DNA of 64,000 nucleotides from Corallochytrium limacisporum Hawaii (lineage: Eukaryota; Protista; Pluriformea): the NCBI GenBank assembly GCA_002811645.1, contig PDIP01000011.1:66435-130434 (forward strand), read 5' to 3'. A model generated the notes under the pieces. It made no database searches, was not told the origin of the DNA, and saw only the letters and a program-made list of their open reading frames with translations. The position numbers and the translations under genes are program-made. Numbering within the stretch: position 1 is the first letter of the stretch; every line of letters begins with the position of its first letter. Shown here piece after piece: positions 44,781 to 56,850 of the stretch.

Positions 44781-45707
44781 GTGAGTGAGTGAGTGAGTGA
44801 GTGAGTGAGTGAGTGAGTGAGTGAGTGAGTGAGTGAGTGAGNNNNNNNNNNNNNNNNNNNNNNNNNNNNNNNNNNNNNNNNNNNNNNNNNNNNNNNNNNN
44901 NNNNNNNNNNNNNNNNNNNNNNNNNNNNNNNNNNNNNNNNNNNNNNNNNNNNNNNNNNNNNNNNNNNNNNNNNNNNNNNNNNNNNNNNNNNNNNNNNNNN
45001 NNNNNNNNNNNNNNNNNNNNNNNNNNNNNNNNNNNNNNNNNNNNNNNNNNNNNNNNNNNNNNNNNNNNNNNNNNNNNNNNNNNNNNNNNNNNNNNNNNNN
45101 NNNNNNNNNNNNNNNNNNNNNNNNNNNNNNNNNNNNNNNNNNNNNNNNNNNNNNNNNNNNNNNNNNNNNNNNNNNNNNNNNNNNNNNNNNNNNNNNNNNN
45201 NNNNNNNNNNNNNNNNNNNNNNNNNNNNNNNNNNNNNNNNNNNNNNNNNNNNNNNNNNNNNNNNNNNNNNNNNNNNNNNNNNNNNNNNNNNNNNNNNNNN
45301 NNNNNNNNNNNNNNNNNNNNNNNNNNNNNNNNNNNNNNNNNNNNNNNNNNNNNNNNNNNNNNNNNNNNNNNNNNNNNNNNNNNNNNNNNNNNNNNNNNNN
45401 NNNNNNNNNNNNNNNNNNNNNNNNNNNNNNNNNNNNNNNNNNNNNNNNNNNNNNNNNNNNNNNNNNNNNNNNNNNNNNNNNNNNNNNNNNNNNNNNNNNN
45501 NNNNNNNNNNNNNNNNNNNNNNNNNNNNNNNNNNNNNNNNNNNNNNNNNNNNNNNNNNNNNNNNNNNNNNNNNNNNNNNNNNNNNNNNNNNNNNNNNNNN
45601 NNNNNNNNNNNNNNNNNNNNNTGAGTGAGTGAGTGAGTGAGTGAGTGAGTGAGTGAGTGAGTGAGTGAGTGAGTGAGTGAGTGAGTGAGTGAGTGAGTGA
45701 GTGAGTG
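44781..45707. repeat. Long (TGAG)n tetranucleotide satellite spanning an assembly gap (N 44842-45621), preceded by a short (CAG)n
   Basis: Pure TGAG repeats on both sides of the gap. Confidence 0.95.
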
Positions 45708-47319
45708 TCTATGTGCGGGCGTGTGTGCAGAGCCGATCGTGTGTCCGCTCCCCGCTTCTGTCTCTATCGATCTCTCCCTTTCTGTGTCTCTCTGTCCGTG
45801 TCCCTCTCGGGGTTGTTCTCTCTCCTTTTTTTTCCCGTTTTTTCTTTACCTTTTTTTATTACTGGTCAAGTACAAAAAGAGAGGAACCGGTAAGAATCTG
45901 CCCTGTCCGAACAATCACAGCAACACACACACACACACACACGCAATCTCCCTCTCCTGCTCTCTCAGTTTCCCCTCTCTCCGTCCGCTTTGTTAGGTAC
46001 GTCCAGTACCCTCCTTTTCCTGATCCCCCCCCCCCCTCTCGTCTTCCTCCCATCGCTCCGGAGACACCAAAGTTTTCTTTGTCTTGCTCCCTACTAGTGC
46101 CCCATGTGTTCAATCTGGCGGCCGTCCTAACGCAGTCAATATTCCATACTAAATATACCCAATGTGAAAGTCATAAGGAACACAAGATCACAGAATGGCA
46201 CGCCGCTTGCCCGAATTGGCGTGTGGATGGGGGCCGCTAGTGTTGGGGGTATTTTCACCTTTTCATCTATTTTAATTCCCCTTGTCCTCTACCCATTTAT
46301 TTCTCTTAACATAAATACTACGGTACCAAACTTGTGAATTCCCATCATCCAACGCCAATACACAACCCGCGCCGGTGTGGTGGGACGGTTGTCTCTTTCC
46401 TTTTTGTGTGTGTGTGTGTGTGTGGCACAAAGGACCGTTTATTATAGTTGGTTTGGTTTCCCGGGTCGGTGGTCTCTCTCTCTTACCCTCCCTCCCCCTG
46501 TCTTGCCCTTTCTTTTTCATTGACCCATCACCACCACCACCACCACAAAACAGAATAATGGGAAATAGCAGGTTGTTTACCAGTGTGTACGATTCTACTC
46601 CGTATATTCTCAGTACCCATCGGTTCACGTGCCGTGGCGAGACATCCCTCCTTGTTTTCTCTAGTCTCCCTCTGCTGCGCTTCGCTCCGCTTACTCGCTC
46701 GCCACTTCAAAGGCAACTCCTCCGCCCAACCCCCGGTGTCTTCTCCCTTCCCAAGTGTACGACCGGACAACTTGGGAAAAATGGCCACGAAGAAAAATAC
46801 CCAAAACCCAAGAAAAGAAGAAGAAAAGAACCAAAACGGATCTGAGTTCGCCGGCCATCTTCAGAACCCACACCACCGCTCCTGCAGCCAACGCCGCAGC
46901 CAAGCTCCAAAGAAAACTTTCAAAATCAACAAAACTAAAAAAGACAAAACCAAAAATAAAAACCAGAACGAAGGGAGGAAACAAAGCGGAGAATAAAACT
47001 GAACACCCTAGATATTGTAATTAATCGATTTAAAGGGCGCGAACTGTCTCACCGGCAGCACAGTTGGTGCCGCCTGGACGGACCCGGATCAGTCACTGTT
47101 CGGGCATAGTAGTACCTACCGAGTTGTCTTGTCTCTGAAAAAGACGCGAGATGCTGCGATACTTTATTATCAAGTTGGTAGCTGTTATACCCTTAGTCAG
47201 GTTTTGCTGCGTCGAACATTGTTAAAAGTCGACTGCACAAGAGAAGTTTCCTCTTCCATAATTTCTAGTTAATGCACCTTGTGATCGACCGTGGACCAGG
47301 AAGACCACAAGCTGGATAG

Positions 47320-49086
47320 TCATAAGGTTCTGTACAGGCGGAAAATAGCAAACGCTGCCACCAGGACGATGACAACGATGTACATTAGGGACGGAACGCC
47401 TGCCCCTGGCGAAATCCCGTCGTAATTGCCGCCTGGCATATATGCGTTGTCGGCAACACCAGTGTACTTATATGCCGAGCCCTGGTCCAGCTCGTGGCGG
47501 AGTTTGACCTGGGACAGGAACAGGGAGCCTGGTTCCACGCGCTTACCCAGTCCATCGTAGTAGAGACAAGAGTTGGTCTCCAGGAGGAAATTATCATACC
47601 CAGAGATACCGATGATGAACGGCATCATGAACAGGTGGCGGTCGCTGGACGACTCGGACCAAAAGTCGTAGATGTAGTCGTGGTTCACATTGCCAGATTC
47701 GTGGTGGAAATTCCAGATGACCATGTCATGGCCGTGATGGGGCAAGCGGTTGTTCGGGCCACCGTTCGGGGTCAGTGTGCCTCCTCGAACTTCTTCGAGA
47801 AGAGTTGCATAGGGCAGGCCACCGTGGAAGTCCGTGGACGACTTGGCGCCCATCTTGAACTTGCGTATGACAGATCCGACGGCATTGAAGCCGACCGAAG
47901 GACCAAAGAAATAACCCACAGAGTCTGTAATCTCCTGCACAAGTACACCATACGTGAAACGCAGGCGGATGGTTACGTAGCCCGGAGTACCCCGGAAAGT
48001 GATTGCCTCTATGGTGGTTGCACTGCAGCTGTTCATGTAAATGCCAAAGGTCATGTCCGTGAAGGTCATGTCGCGAATCCAACCGTTGCGAACGTTGTTC
48101 ATGCGGATGCCCGAGAAACCATAGCGTTGACGATCGGTTGGATCGGCCTTGCGCATCCTGAAAGGTTTATGGTGGTTGCCCTTGATGTCGATGCTTTCAA
48201 CCGCAACGTTGGTTAAGTGCAAGTATTCGACAATCTCAAAATCTAGAAACTGCTCAAAGATGGATATGTGGAGCGGTTCGCTCAGAAGCAGAACGCGATT
48301 CAATGCGTCGATACGTTCGATGCAGTGAATCTCGTTCATGTGGAAGCCGTTTTCGATCAGACCCTTCCGTTTGGGCAGCCTTGGAGTGTCGTAGTAAATG
48401 CGGGCATACTTGAACCCTTCATACCGTAGACGGAAGCACATGCCTTCCCGTAGACCGGAAATACTTTCCACCGACATCACCCGTGTGTTTTTCTCAATTG
48501 GTCCAGCCAGGCGAGTCAGGCCTTTGCCTTGGACCTCCTTTGGTCCAATCTCCAGTCCAAAGATACCCTCCGTCGACGGGGTATCCCTGCCTCGCTTCAT
48601 AATTATGTTTGTCCGCTTGTCACCGGTGGTGCAGCCTTTGAGTATAATGTTGCTTGATGAGATCCGCAAGGCCGGTTTATCGGCCTGCATCATGATCTCG
48701 TAATATCCACAGTTAAAGTAGACGATTCCGCCGCCGACCTTCTCCGCTGCAAAAATGGCATTTTGAATGGCCTCTGTGTCATCGACCTTGTCGTTGATCT
48801 GTGCCCCGTAGTCCTTAACGTGGAAGAGGTTTTCACCGGTAGCCACAGCTGCCTCAGGAGTGTCCGGAATCCTGGGAATATAACTGTTCTGGTACATGTA
48901 CCCAGCGTATGAAAAGTCAGGCAGATAGCTGACCGGTTCCCGCAATCCTTGTTTCACGGGCGCCAGCCGGAGATCTTTTTCGTAAGCGGTCCACATTTTG
49001 GCCTTAATGGTCGAGGCCGCATTGTCAACTGCTGTAGTTCCGCTCACTGTGGCGAGAAAAGCTACTAAGGAACCCAGAACCTTCAT
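47320..49086 (-). CDS. Type-I membrane-anchored right-handed beta-helix polysaccharide lyase-like protein (Pectate_lyase_3 + DUF4955; PL29-like)
   Basis: 588 aa. Signal peptide, LPDFSYAGY, FHVKDYGA..D..DDTEAIQNAI...GGGIVYF..G.Y, DFHGGLPYATLLE..GG...GG...LPHH...VIWNF, VEP.SLF..Q, C-terminal TM with a short basic tail. Confidence 0.75.
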   Translation of the reverse strand: MKVLGSLVAFLATVSGTTAVDNAASTIKAKMWTAYEKDLRLAPVKQGLREPVSYLPDFSYAGYMYQNSYIPRIPDTPEAAVATGENLFHVKDYGAQINDKVDDTEAIQNAIFAAEKVGGGIVYFNCGYYEIMMQADKPALRISSSNIILKGCTTGDKRTNIIMKRGRDTPSTEGIFGLEIGPKEVQGKGLTRLAGPIEKNTRVMSVESISGLREGMCFRLRYEGFKYARIYYDTPRLPKRKGLIENGFHMNEIHCIERIDALNRVLLLSEPLHISIFEQFLDFEIVEYLHLTNVAVESIDIKGNHHKPFRMRKADPTDRQRYGFSGIRMNNVRNGWIRDMTFTDMTFGIYMNSCSATTIEAITFRGTPGYVTIRLRFTYGVLVQEITDSVGYFFGPSVGFNAVGSVIRKFKMGAKSSTDFHGGLPYATLLEEVRGGTLTPNGGPNNRLPHHGHDMVIWNFHHESGNVNHDYIYDFWSESSSDRHLFMMPFIIGISGYDNFLLETNSCLYYDGLGKRVEPGSLFLSQVKLRHELDQGSAYKYTGVADNAYMPGGNYDGISPGAGVPSLMYIVVIVLVAAFAIFRLYRTL

Positions 49087-52000
49087 GGTGGCTAATGGTT
49101 GTGAGGGTTTCTGATATGAATTTGAGATGCTGCAAGGGTCAATATATACACACCTCGGTCACGGTGCAGTCGCTCTCACACTAATGACTTGAAGGAACTA
49201 TAGGGTTTCTGTCATTTCTTTACTTCGAGGTGTCCTTTGAATTTCAGTGATATATCGCCCTGGGACTCGAAAGGGACAGATTTGCGTTCCCGAGCAAGTT
49301 TCCACACCTACCATGAGTGTCACAGATTTTGGGGTAGAGAAGAAGGCCACCGACCTTGTTCTACCCGGCACGTTGTCACCCAAAAACACACTTTTGCTCG
49401 TCTCGTGAAGCAAAACCATAACACCATTCTGGGTTTCGTCGCTACTGCAAAAGGTTCGAAAAGAAGGTTGCGGATTCGCAAGTGACGGGCCAAAGAATTC
49501 CACCATCACCAGGAGAAAGAGGAGGGGTTACTTTCTTATTGTGGCTTGTCTCTCATCCGTTGGCCCGGCCGAGTTGGGTGCACGGGAAGGGGGTGTCCCT
49601 CCTTCCTTTGCCAGGCCGTTTCAACGTTTTGCCTCGTTCTTTTTGAGACTGTTCCCCCCCCCCCCCGGGCCTCCCCGGGCCTCCCCCGGGGCCCCGCTGC
49701 TACGGAGGTTGCTTCCTGGCTTCACCACCAGCGTCCGCCCTCCGGACCTCCCCCCCCCCTTCCTCTTCTCCGTGTGTTTCCTGGTATCTCTGTGTGTGTG
49801 TTCTTGCCATTGCCTGCCTTCCTGGTTGCGCGCCCGCTCCCCGGGGAACCCTCGGAACCTCTGGGCACCCTCCAAAGTTTTTTTTATTTTGAGAATTTAT
49901 CTCGCTTTCTCCCTACAACCCCTCCCTCACAGGAGCGAAGGAGAGCAAAGCGGTCACGAATTTCCCCCGGGGAAAGGTCTGGGTCCAGGCAGTATAGCCC
50001 CGCGGGGGGGGGGAGGCGGGGGAGAGCAGGCAGTGGTGGGGAGGGCGGAGTATGTGTTTTTTTTTCGTGTTTACCGTCCTCACCACCAAAAATCAACAAG
50101 CAAACACCACGCAAGACCAAGACCCACCTCAACAACCGAGTGGACCCCAACAACGATTGACCAGCTAGCTACTCGTACGTAACGGTCTAAGTTATTCATA
50201 CCGTACCCTAAGGACTAACAAAGACCCTGTTTGCCCTTTTTATTTTTCTTCCTTTTTTTCAAAAAATGAAAGACATGTTTTTTTTCTTTCGGGTCTCTGT
50301 TTTGCCTTTTCGTTCGTCAGTCTCTCTCTCTCTCTTTCTCTCAGTGTCTCTCCTTCCCAAGCCAGGCGGGAGTATTCAGACCGAAGTTCCAGTGTTTCAG
50401 TGGGGGTCCCAACGCAGTGTTTCCTCCGGGAAAAGGAGCGGAGAGCGCCGCACCACGGATCCACTACTCCCCACCACCACCCCCGCTGCGGTGTTTTTCC
50501 TTTTTTTCTTCCTCCCGCACGTCCCCGCTACCGGTGACACTTCCGATACTTTCACTATTGGCGCTCTGCCCCGGGATGCTCTATCTCTGTGTTCCTTGGC
50601 CCGCCACACAACCCTGGGCCGCAAAACCAAAATCTCCACAATTTTTATTCTTGCCCTGTATTCTCTCGTTTTACTGGTCCAACGTCCCGAGATGGATTGC
50701 CTTTTGTACTCATACTTTTTTCCGTCCCGGTCCTTATCGGCCCTGCCTGGCAGAGGTCGTAGTTTCGGTATAGATCTCGCGAGGATCGGTTAGATCCCAA
50801 TATGGACTCTGGGCGGCTATCGGTCAATACTAATCTTCTTTTCCTCCCCCCCCCTTTTTTTCTTTCTTCCCCTTTCCTTTGTCTATTTTTTTCCATTCTT
50901 TGGGAGCCCCATTTGTAATACACGGTCTGCAAGGCTTACCATAGAGCCGGGAGGGAGAGGGTGAGGGAGAGGAAGGGGGAGAGCCCGGGAGAGTGTGATT
51001 AATGTGCCAATACGGAGAAAGTCTGAGAAACGGTGGCTGGGATGGCTGGGCAGTCTTGGCCGGGCCATGGGGGTGATTTCAAAGGACCATCTGAGCCATC
51101 GAGGACAAAAGGACAACAGCGAAGAGAGCTAAAAGAGCTGTGAGAGAGGGAGAGAGAGAGCGAGAGAGAGAGAATACGCGTCCCCAGCCCCGGTGGGAAA
51201 GCAAATCGATACTTAATGTATAATAATGAACTGGACAAATAGAATTCCCGTGGACCAGGTGCATGGTCAAACCTAAGGAATTTTCAAACATTGCGGAGAT
51301 CGTGAGACACCATGGCGTCCTTGGGTTTGTTGCCTAGAGTGTGGTTTCAGTTTCTCTTCTCAGCAACTGTTGTACTGTATTTCTTAGACATCCGACAAAG
51401 CCGGTGATTCAGTTGCCCTGGCCAAAAGGAGTCCCAGTGGGCTGTGGGTTGGTGTGACATACGGACCATAGCAAAGCCATCCGTGCCATGGGGCGATCCG
51501 TCGTCTGCCCCAAGGCGAGCGAGCCAACTGCGTTCCGTGATCGTACAGTGTCCCACTGTTCCATAGTGGAGATTCTTGAACAACTCAGGTTGCTTCCGTG
51601 ACGTTGATTACATAGCGGACAGTATGTCCCCGTTCATCGAGGAAGAGATTCAAGGCAAAGCGGCGAGCAATGCGACAGCTAGCACGGGTTAAGTGTATGT
51701 ATCCACGCTCCGGAAATTTGCCAACAACAACACCTCCCCTTCCCCGGGACACCCCCCAAAACATCTCGTCAACCGGCGTGAGATGCCCCTCTGTCTGACC
51801 CAGCCATTGGAGTGGTAGTTCTGCCCGTCATCGGTTGCCAATTCGAGTGGTGGTCAGCACAGACGAAGAACAGCGCAAGAGAGGCAACGGGGGCCGAATA
51901 AGATCTTTGGTTTTTTGCTGCGGTGGTGAGGGAAGGGGAGGGGGGCTGTGAGGAGAAAATGGAATCCCCCTGTATGAACCGCCGAGTAATGTGAACCCCA

Positions 52001-53601
52001 CCACCCAGCGTGTGTGGCAACCTCGAACGACTCTCGCTCAGGTCCGCGTTCGTCCGACGCACGCCGAAAAGATGCCGAACCAATCTGGGACTGAGCCTCC
52101 CCCGCGGTTCCCCTGGACTGTTTCGGTTGAAGCAAGTGGACGTTCCCGGGTTCTCTCGCGTTCTCCGGTCGCAATTTTCTTTGTGGCCCTTGTGGTACCA
52201 ATGGGGGGATTCTTGCTCCTTCAGATCAGTACTGAACGTACGTCGGTTCCGAGCTGGTCTTTTGATTAATCAAGCGACCGCCACCGCACTCAGACAGACC
52301 GAGGACAGTCACTGTGTGCGAGCATAAGGGGACCCCAAGTCAGCAAGCTGCTCAATGTGCCAAGCGCAGGCAGGAGACACAGAGAGAGAGAGAGAGATAA
52401 GAGAGCGCATGAGGGGGGGGAGCCCACAGCACTTGGCCCCGTAGAACCTCTGCCCTCCAAGCCCCCCGTTCGTCCATGTTTGATCTTGTATTTTGTCGTC
52501 GCGTCGAAGTGTGGGAGGGTGGGCCTCAGTCCGGCGCATCCTTCCAAAGGCACAAACCCGTACATTCAATATAGAACTTCCTGACTGTGGCCATAACAGT
52601 GTTTTCAGCCAACCCCGAAACCACCTCTCGCGCGCTGGTTGCTCTATCAGTTAGTATATGACTCGATCGGCTCGCTCGTTCCCCTGTTTGCGATGGTGTG
52701 TTTGTCTCAGTATGTGAACTGTATCCTCGTGATTGGTGGCTGCCCCTCATCCGTAACGCGAGATGGGACTGGGTTGTACGTACGGTGGGATACTTCGCAG
52801 GGGGGCACCGGGTTTGCTTCCAATTACCTCCGTTCGTCAGCGGTGCTTGTGAGCGGCTGATGGGTCAGCACCGGGTTTTTTTTCTGCCCTACTCCACTTC
52901 CCCCCCCCCCCTTGCCCGGGGGTCTTCTCGCAGACCGCCCCCTTCACGGGCCTCTCTTTCTCGGCACGGGGACGGTTGTACGCAAGTGCGGGCCGGAGAC
53001 GTCAGCGCTTCGAAATTTTAGCTCTCGCGGCCACCCACCAGCTGCTGCTGGCCCAGTATTTTTTACTTTTTAGAAATTGTGGCAGCAGTGAGACTTTTGG
53101 GGGGGGGTTCTGACGGGGAGTGTCAGGACCGAGGGAGGGGGGGTGTGGGTGCGCGTGTGTGCATGGTTGTGAAGAGGTGTGTGTGTGTATTGTATGTTTG
53201 TTTTCTGGGGAGTTCCGGACCTGTAGACGTCAAACAGATGGGTTCTAAGTATGTCCGGTATATCCGATGTGGTTTCGACACGTCAGCGAATCTGAGAGCA
53301 GTCAGCAAGGGAAATCTGTCTAGTCTGGGTCCTTGAAGGTGCGCAGCCAGGGGTGCCGCATCACGGTCAGCACTCGTCTCAATATTGACGGCGAACACGC
53401 TTTGGGAATGAGTAGAACCCATCGGCAAAAGAGTTTCCAATGTATGTGAGAAGCCGGGGTTGGAAATAGAGAGAGAGAAATACTATAGTTCGGAACTGAG
53501 GAGCTTGATCCATCGGAGCTTAGACGGAGAGATCCCACGATTATATACCCACTTCCGGAACGAGAAATACAAATTGAGATCAAATGTGCGTCGTGCCCAC
53601 C

Positions 53602-55656
53602 ATGCCGGCGGTCAACAAGCCACTTCCCATTATCTATGCGAGTCAGACTGGCAATGCAGAGTACATTGCACGGGACATCCACAAGCAGTGCGGGGAAAAT
53701 GACATCGATGCCACTGTGGACTCCATTGAGGTATACGTCAAGGACCGGAAGTTACCTGACGAAAAGATCGTAGTCTTTGTTGTGAGCACAACTGGAGAAG
53801 GTGATCCTCCGGATCGTATGACTCGGTTCTGGCGACGCATTAAGAAGGAAAAAGATGGTAGTCTGCTTTCGCACCTGCGGTATGCGATTCTGGGTTTGGG
53901 AGACACCAACTACTCCAACTTCTGCAATACAGCCAAGATGCTCGAGGCCAAGCTCAAGGAGCTTGGAGCACGATCATTTTACGACACAGGGTATTGCGAT
54001 GACGGTACTGGACTAGACAAGGTGCTTGACCCCTGGGTCGACGGATTTTGGGCCGTGGTCAAGAAGGAACTCAACGCCCTGTCCGTAGCGGCGGCAGCAG
54101 CAGGAGCAAGTGAACCTGGCAAGGATGTAAGTAAAGATGCCAACAAGCATGCTGATAACAACGGAACGGGAACTCCTACCAACGGTACTCTGGGTAAGGG
54201 AGCTAAGGGAGGGCTAAACGACCTCCCGGAGGTCGAGATTCCAGCGGGCGCGGCGCGTCTGCCGAAGCCCTTCCTCGAAGTCGTGGACGTCGCAGAGCAG
54301 TCATCGGAGGACCAGGCAAAGTCCTTCAGGGAGCTTCTGCTCTCCCTGGAGGGCGAGGGCAGCGTACTACTGCCCATGGCTAGCGTCCGCATCTTGACCG
54401 CACCGGAGGCCATGAAGCGAACCATCCACTTTGAACTTGACACCACCGACACGCCGCTTGAGCTGTTCCACCCGGGCGACGCCTTCGCGATCAAGGCGCC
54501 CAATAGTGGGCCGGATGTCGAGGCGCTGATCACGCGCCTACAGCTCGACGGTGACCGTCGCATTGGAGTGAAGCTGCGGTCGGACGCCCGCCGAAGCAGT
54601 GTTCTGCCTTCGATTGTCCCGAAAGAAGGCGGAATCACCGTCCGAGATCTGTTCACCCACTGCTTGGATGTGCGGTCACTGCCTCGGAAGTCTTTCATTC
54701 GGATGATCGCGGACTACGCTGTAGATTTGGAGGAGAAGAAGACTCTACTCCACCTCAGCGCCAAGGAAGGGTCAGCGGACTTTGACGCAAAGATCCGCGA
54801 GCCTGGAGCATCGCTGCTGGACATTCTCACCGCCTTCCCCAGTTGTACACCGCCTCTGGATCGTTTGCTCGAGACCCTTCCGCCACTAAAGCCCCGTTGG
54901 TTCAGTGCCAGCAACAGCCCGGCTCTGCACCCACACCGGCTTCACTTTGCTTTCTCTGTTGTTGACTACGTTTACAAGCCAACGGAGACGCCCCGTAAGG
55001 GTATCGCGACCGGGTGGATGGAGCAAATTTGCGAGACGTACAATGCTCTGGCCGGGGCCAGTGCTTCCGGAGTCGTCGATCAAGCCCAGCTGGCTGCCAA
55101 GCTCAGCGAAGACTTCCACATGCCCGAGGGCAAGTTTGTGGTCAAGCGCCGCGGTGGTGACACTTTCCGACTGCCAGTTGATGTCTCCGAGCCCGTGATC
55201 ATGGTGGGTCCCGGAACCGGTGTGGCTCCATTCCTTGGGTTTGTGCAGGAACGCACAGCGGTGAAGCAACAGTCCCCCGATGTCAACCTGGGGCCGATGT
55301 GGCTCTTCTTTGGCTGTCGAAATGAGGATCATGACTATCTGTACCGCGAGGAGCTCCAGCAGGCAGAGGAGAAGGGGGTGCTGTCCAGGTTGAGCGTGAG
55401 CTTCAGCCGCCAGGAAGGTGAGTTGAAGTACGTGCAAGACGCGATCGTGGAACATGGGGAGGAGATCTGCGCCTGGTTGCTCGAGCGGAAGGCGTCGGTG
55501 TATGTGTGCGGCGATGCGGTCGGCATGGCACCGGGGGTGAACAATGCGTTGCTACAGTGCCTTATCAAACACGGAAATATGGGTGCGTCGGAGGCGGAGA
55601 AGTGGCTACTTGAGCTTGCCACAGAGAAGAAGTACCACCGCGACGTGTGGGGCTAA
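53602..55656 (+). CDS. MTRR: Methionine synthase reductase (diflavin reductase)
   Basis: YASQTGNA, VVSTTGEGDPPD, LGLGDTNYSNFCN, DDGTGLD, PRWFSAS, MVGPGTGVAPF, LFFGCR, YVCGDA.GMA and C-terminal DVWG. No membrane anchor. Alternative ATG at 53584. Confidence 0.88.
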   Translation: MPAVNKPLPIIYASQTGNAEYIARDIHKQCGENDIDATVDSIEVYVKDRKLPDEKIVVFVVSTTGEGDPPDRMTRFWRRIKKEKDGSLLSHLRYAILGLGDTNYSNFCNTAKMLEAKLKELGARSFYDTGYCDDGTGLDKVLDPWVDGFWAVVKKELNALSVAAAAAGASEPGKDVSKDANKHADNNGTGTPTNGTLGKGAKGGLNDLPEVEIPAGAARLPKPFLEVVDVAEQSSEDQAKSFRELLLSLEGEGSVLLPMASVRILTAPEAMKRTIHFELDTTDTPLELFHPGDAFAIKAPNSGPDVEALITRLQLDGDRRIGVKLRSDARRSSVLPSIVPKEGGITVRDLFTHCLDVRSLPRKSFIRMIADYAVDLEEKKTLLHLSAKEGSADFDAKIREPGASLLDILTAFPSCTPPLDRLLETLPPLKPRWFSASNSPALHPHRLHFAFSVVDYVYKPTETPRKGIATGWMEQICETYNALAGASASGVVDQAQLAAKLSEDFHMPEGKFVVKRRGGDTFRLPVDVSEPVIMVGPGTGVAPFLGFVQERTAVKQQSPDVNLGPMWLFFGCRNEDHDYLYREELQQAEEKGVLSRLSVSFSRQEGELKYVQDAIVEHGEEICAWLLERKASVYVCGDAVGMAPGVNNALLQCLIKHGNMGASEAEKWLLELATEKKYHRDVWG

Positions 55657-55837
55657 GGGCACGGAATAATCCCTGGTCGCTGGACACGTTCCCTGTGAGC
55701 CGCCTTCCGGTTTAACATGTATCATAGTATGGCATGACCAGGTAATAGAATTGTAACGTTTTTATGATAGAAATGTAATGGATTCTTCTTTAATAGTTGA
55801 TGTGTGTTCATCTCAAATTTGTGGCAGGGAAGCACGG

Positions 55838-56383
55838 TCACGCATCCATCTCATCAAATTGAAGCAAGAAGCAGAATTCCTGTGCACTCACATCCCGAAC
55901 CGGGATGGGCTCCTCAAGGTGTCCACTCTGCAGCTTCTCACTGCTGTAGTAGATCGGGATCAGGTGGCAGGCCAGAACGTGTTTGCACACCAAGGCCTTG
56001 CCCACACTGACCGCCTTCTGAAAGAATGAGCAAGTACATGTACTCTCCAGGGCCATGACAACGTGTTGTCCCCGGTCGTCGTCAGTACGGTAAAGCTCGG
56101 TCTCTCGTCCCCCCAGCGTCAGGCGAGTGACGCACCGGCGGTCCAGGAGGTCAAAAGCTCCAACAAGTGAGCCTGTGCCAATGACATGACTCATACGCGC
56201 CAACTTTGGCAGATCGTCCTCCCATGTTCCAGACAGGGATTGAAGCAGCGCCGCGTAGATTTCGTGACCCCGATGCAGCGGTGGCAGAAATGCCCAATTG
56301 TCGTCGTGGTCTCTATCCGCGGTGACCGGATTGTCTCCGATCTCTGTGGTCCCGTCGTCCCCAGTGGGGACTCCCACTGGCAT
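55838..56383 (-). CDS. ZSWIM7: SWIM zinc-finger protein SWS1/ZSWIM7 (Shu complex, homologous recombination)
   Basis: A.DLLD...V motif followed by SWIM CxCx14CxH (CTCSFFQKAVSVGKALVCKHVLA). Confidence 0.78.
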   Translation of the reverse strand: MPVGVPTGDDGTTEIGDNPVTADRDHDDNWAFLPPLHRGHEIYAALLQSLSGTWEDDLPKLARMSHVIGTGSLVGAFDLLDRRCVTRLTLGGRETELYRTDDDRGQHVVMALESTCTCSFFQKAVSVGKALVCKHVLACHLIPIYYSSEKLQSGHLEEPIPVRDVSAQEFCFLLQFDEMDA

Positions 56384-56706
56384 GGTCTTATCGTTTTGGT
56401 AGCGTGGGCCCTTTCTCTCCCGGTCCGGTGAGCTTTTTTTAGTGGCCAGAGCCTACGACCGCCACAGATTTGCCCGCCGCCGGTTCTCTGGCCCATGGTC
56501 TGAAATACGCGGTCCATTGCAGCGCGGTCGGTGTCATGCCCTGGCTGATTCAGTACGTCTCAGTCCACTCATTAAACGGAGGTTAGAACTTGGGACAGAA
56601 AACCATCGCTTCCCATATGGCAACCACCATCAACAGCAGCCGTACGCACCCCTTTTGGGCCACTCACCATAAAACCCAAACCGCCCGGTGGTACGCACAA
56701 CCCCCC

Positions 56707-56850
56707 TTTGAACGTTTCGCGCGCGCCCCCCCCCCCCCCCGGGGGTGAGGGGACCGCCTTTCGCGTTGCAAGTGCCACTCACCCTCCCTCAGCGGCTCTC
56801 TCTCCCTCTCTCTCTCTCTTTTGCGTTACGGGGTTCTGGCGAATTTCAAA
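56707..56850. promoter_or_regulatory. Candidate E2F/CHR (DREAM-type) sites upstream of SWS1
   Basis: TTTGAA (56707) next to TTTCGCGC (56715), TTTCGCG (56759), GGCGAATTTCAAA (~56838). Confidence 0.4.

Noticed and set aside
44781-45707. Telomeric repeat
   Set aside because: It is an internal tetranucleotide without a GG/GGG core and has unique sequence on both sides. The poly-X ORFs here are gap artefacts.
51230-51700. Possible decayed gene (minus-strand WLCYGPYV fragment)
   Set aside because: It is too short and stop-ridden to support any call.
53602-55656. Cytochrome P450 reductase or NDOR1
   Set aside because: There is no N-terminal anchor, and the STTGEGDPPD, GDTNYSNFCN and DDGTGL motifs and long hinge fit MTRR better.
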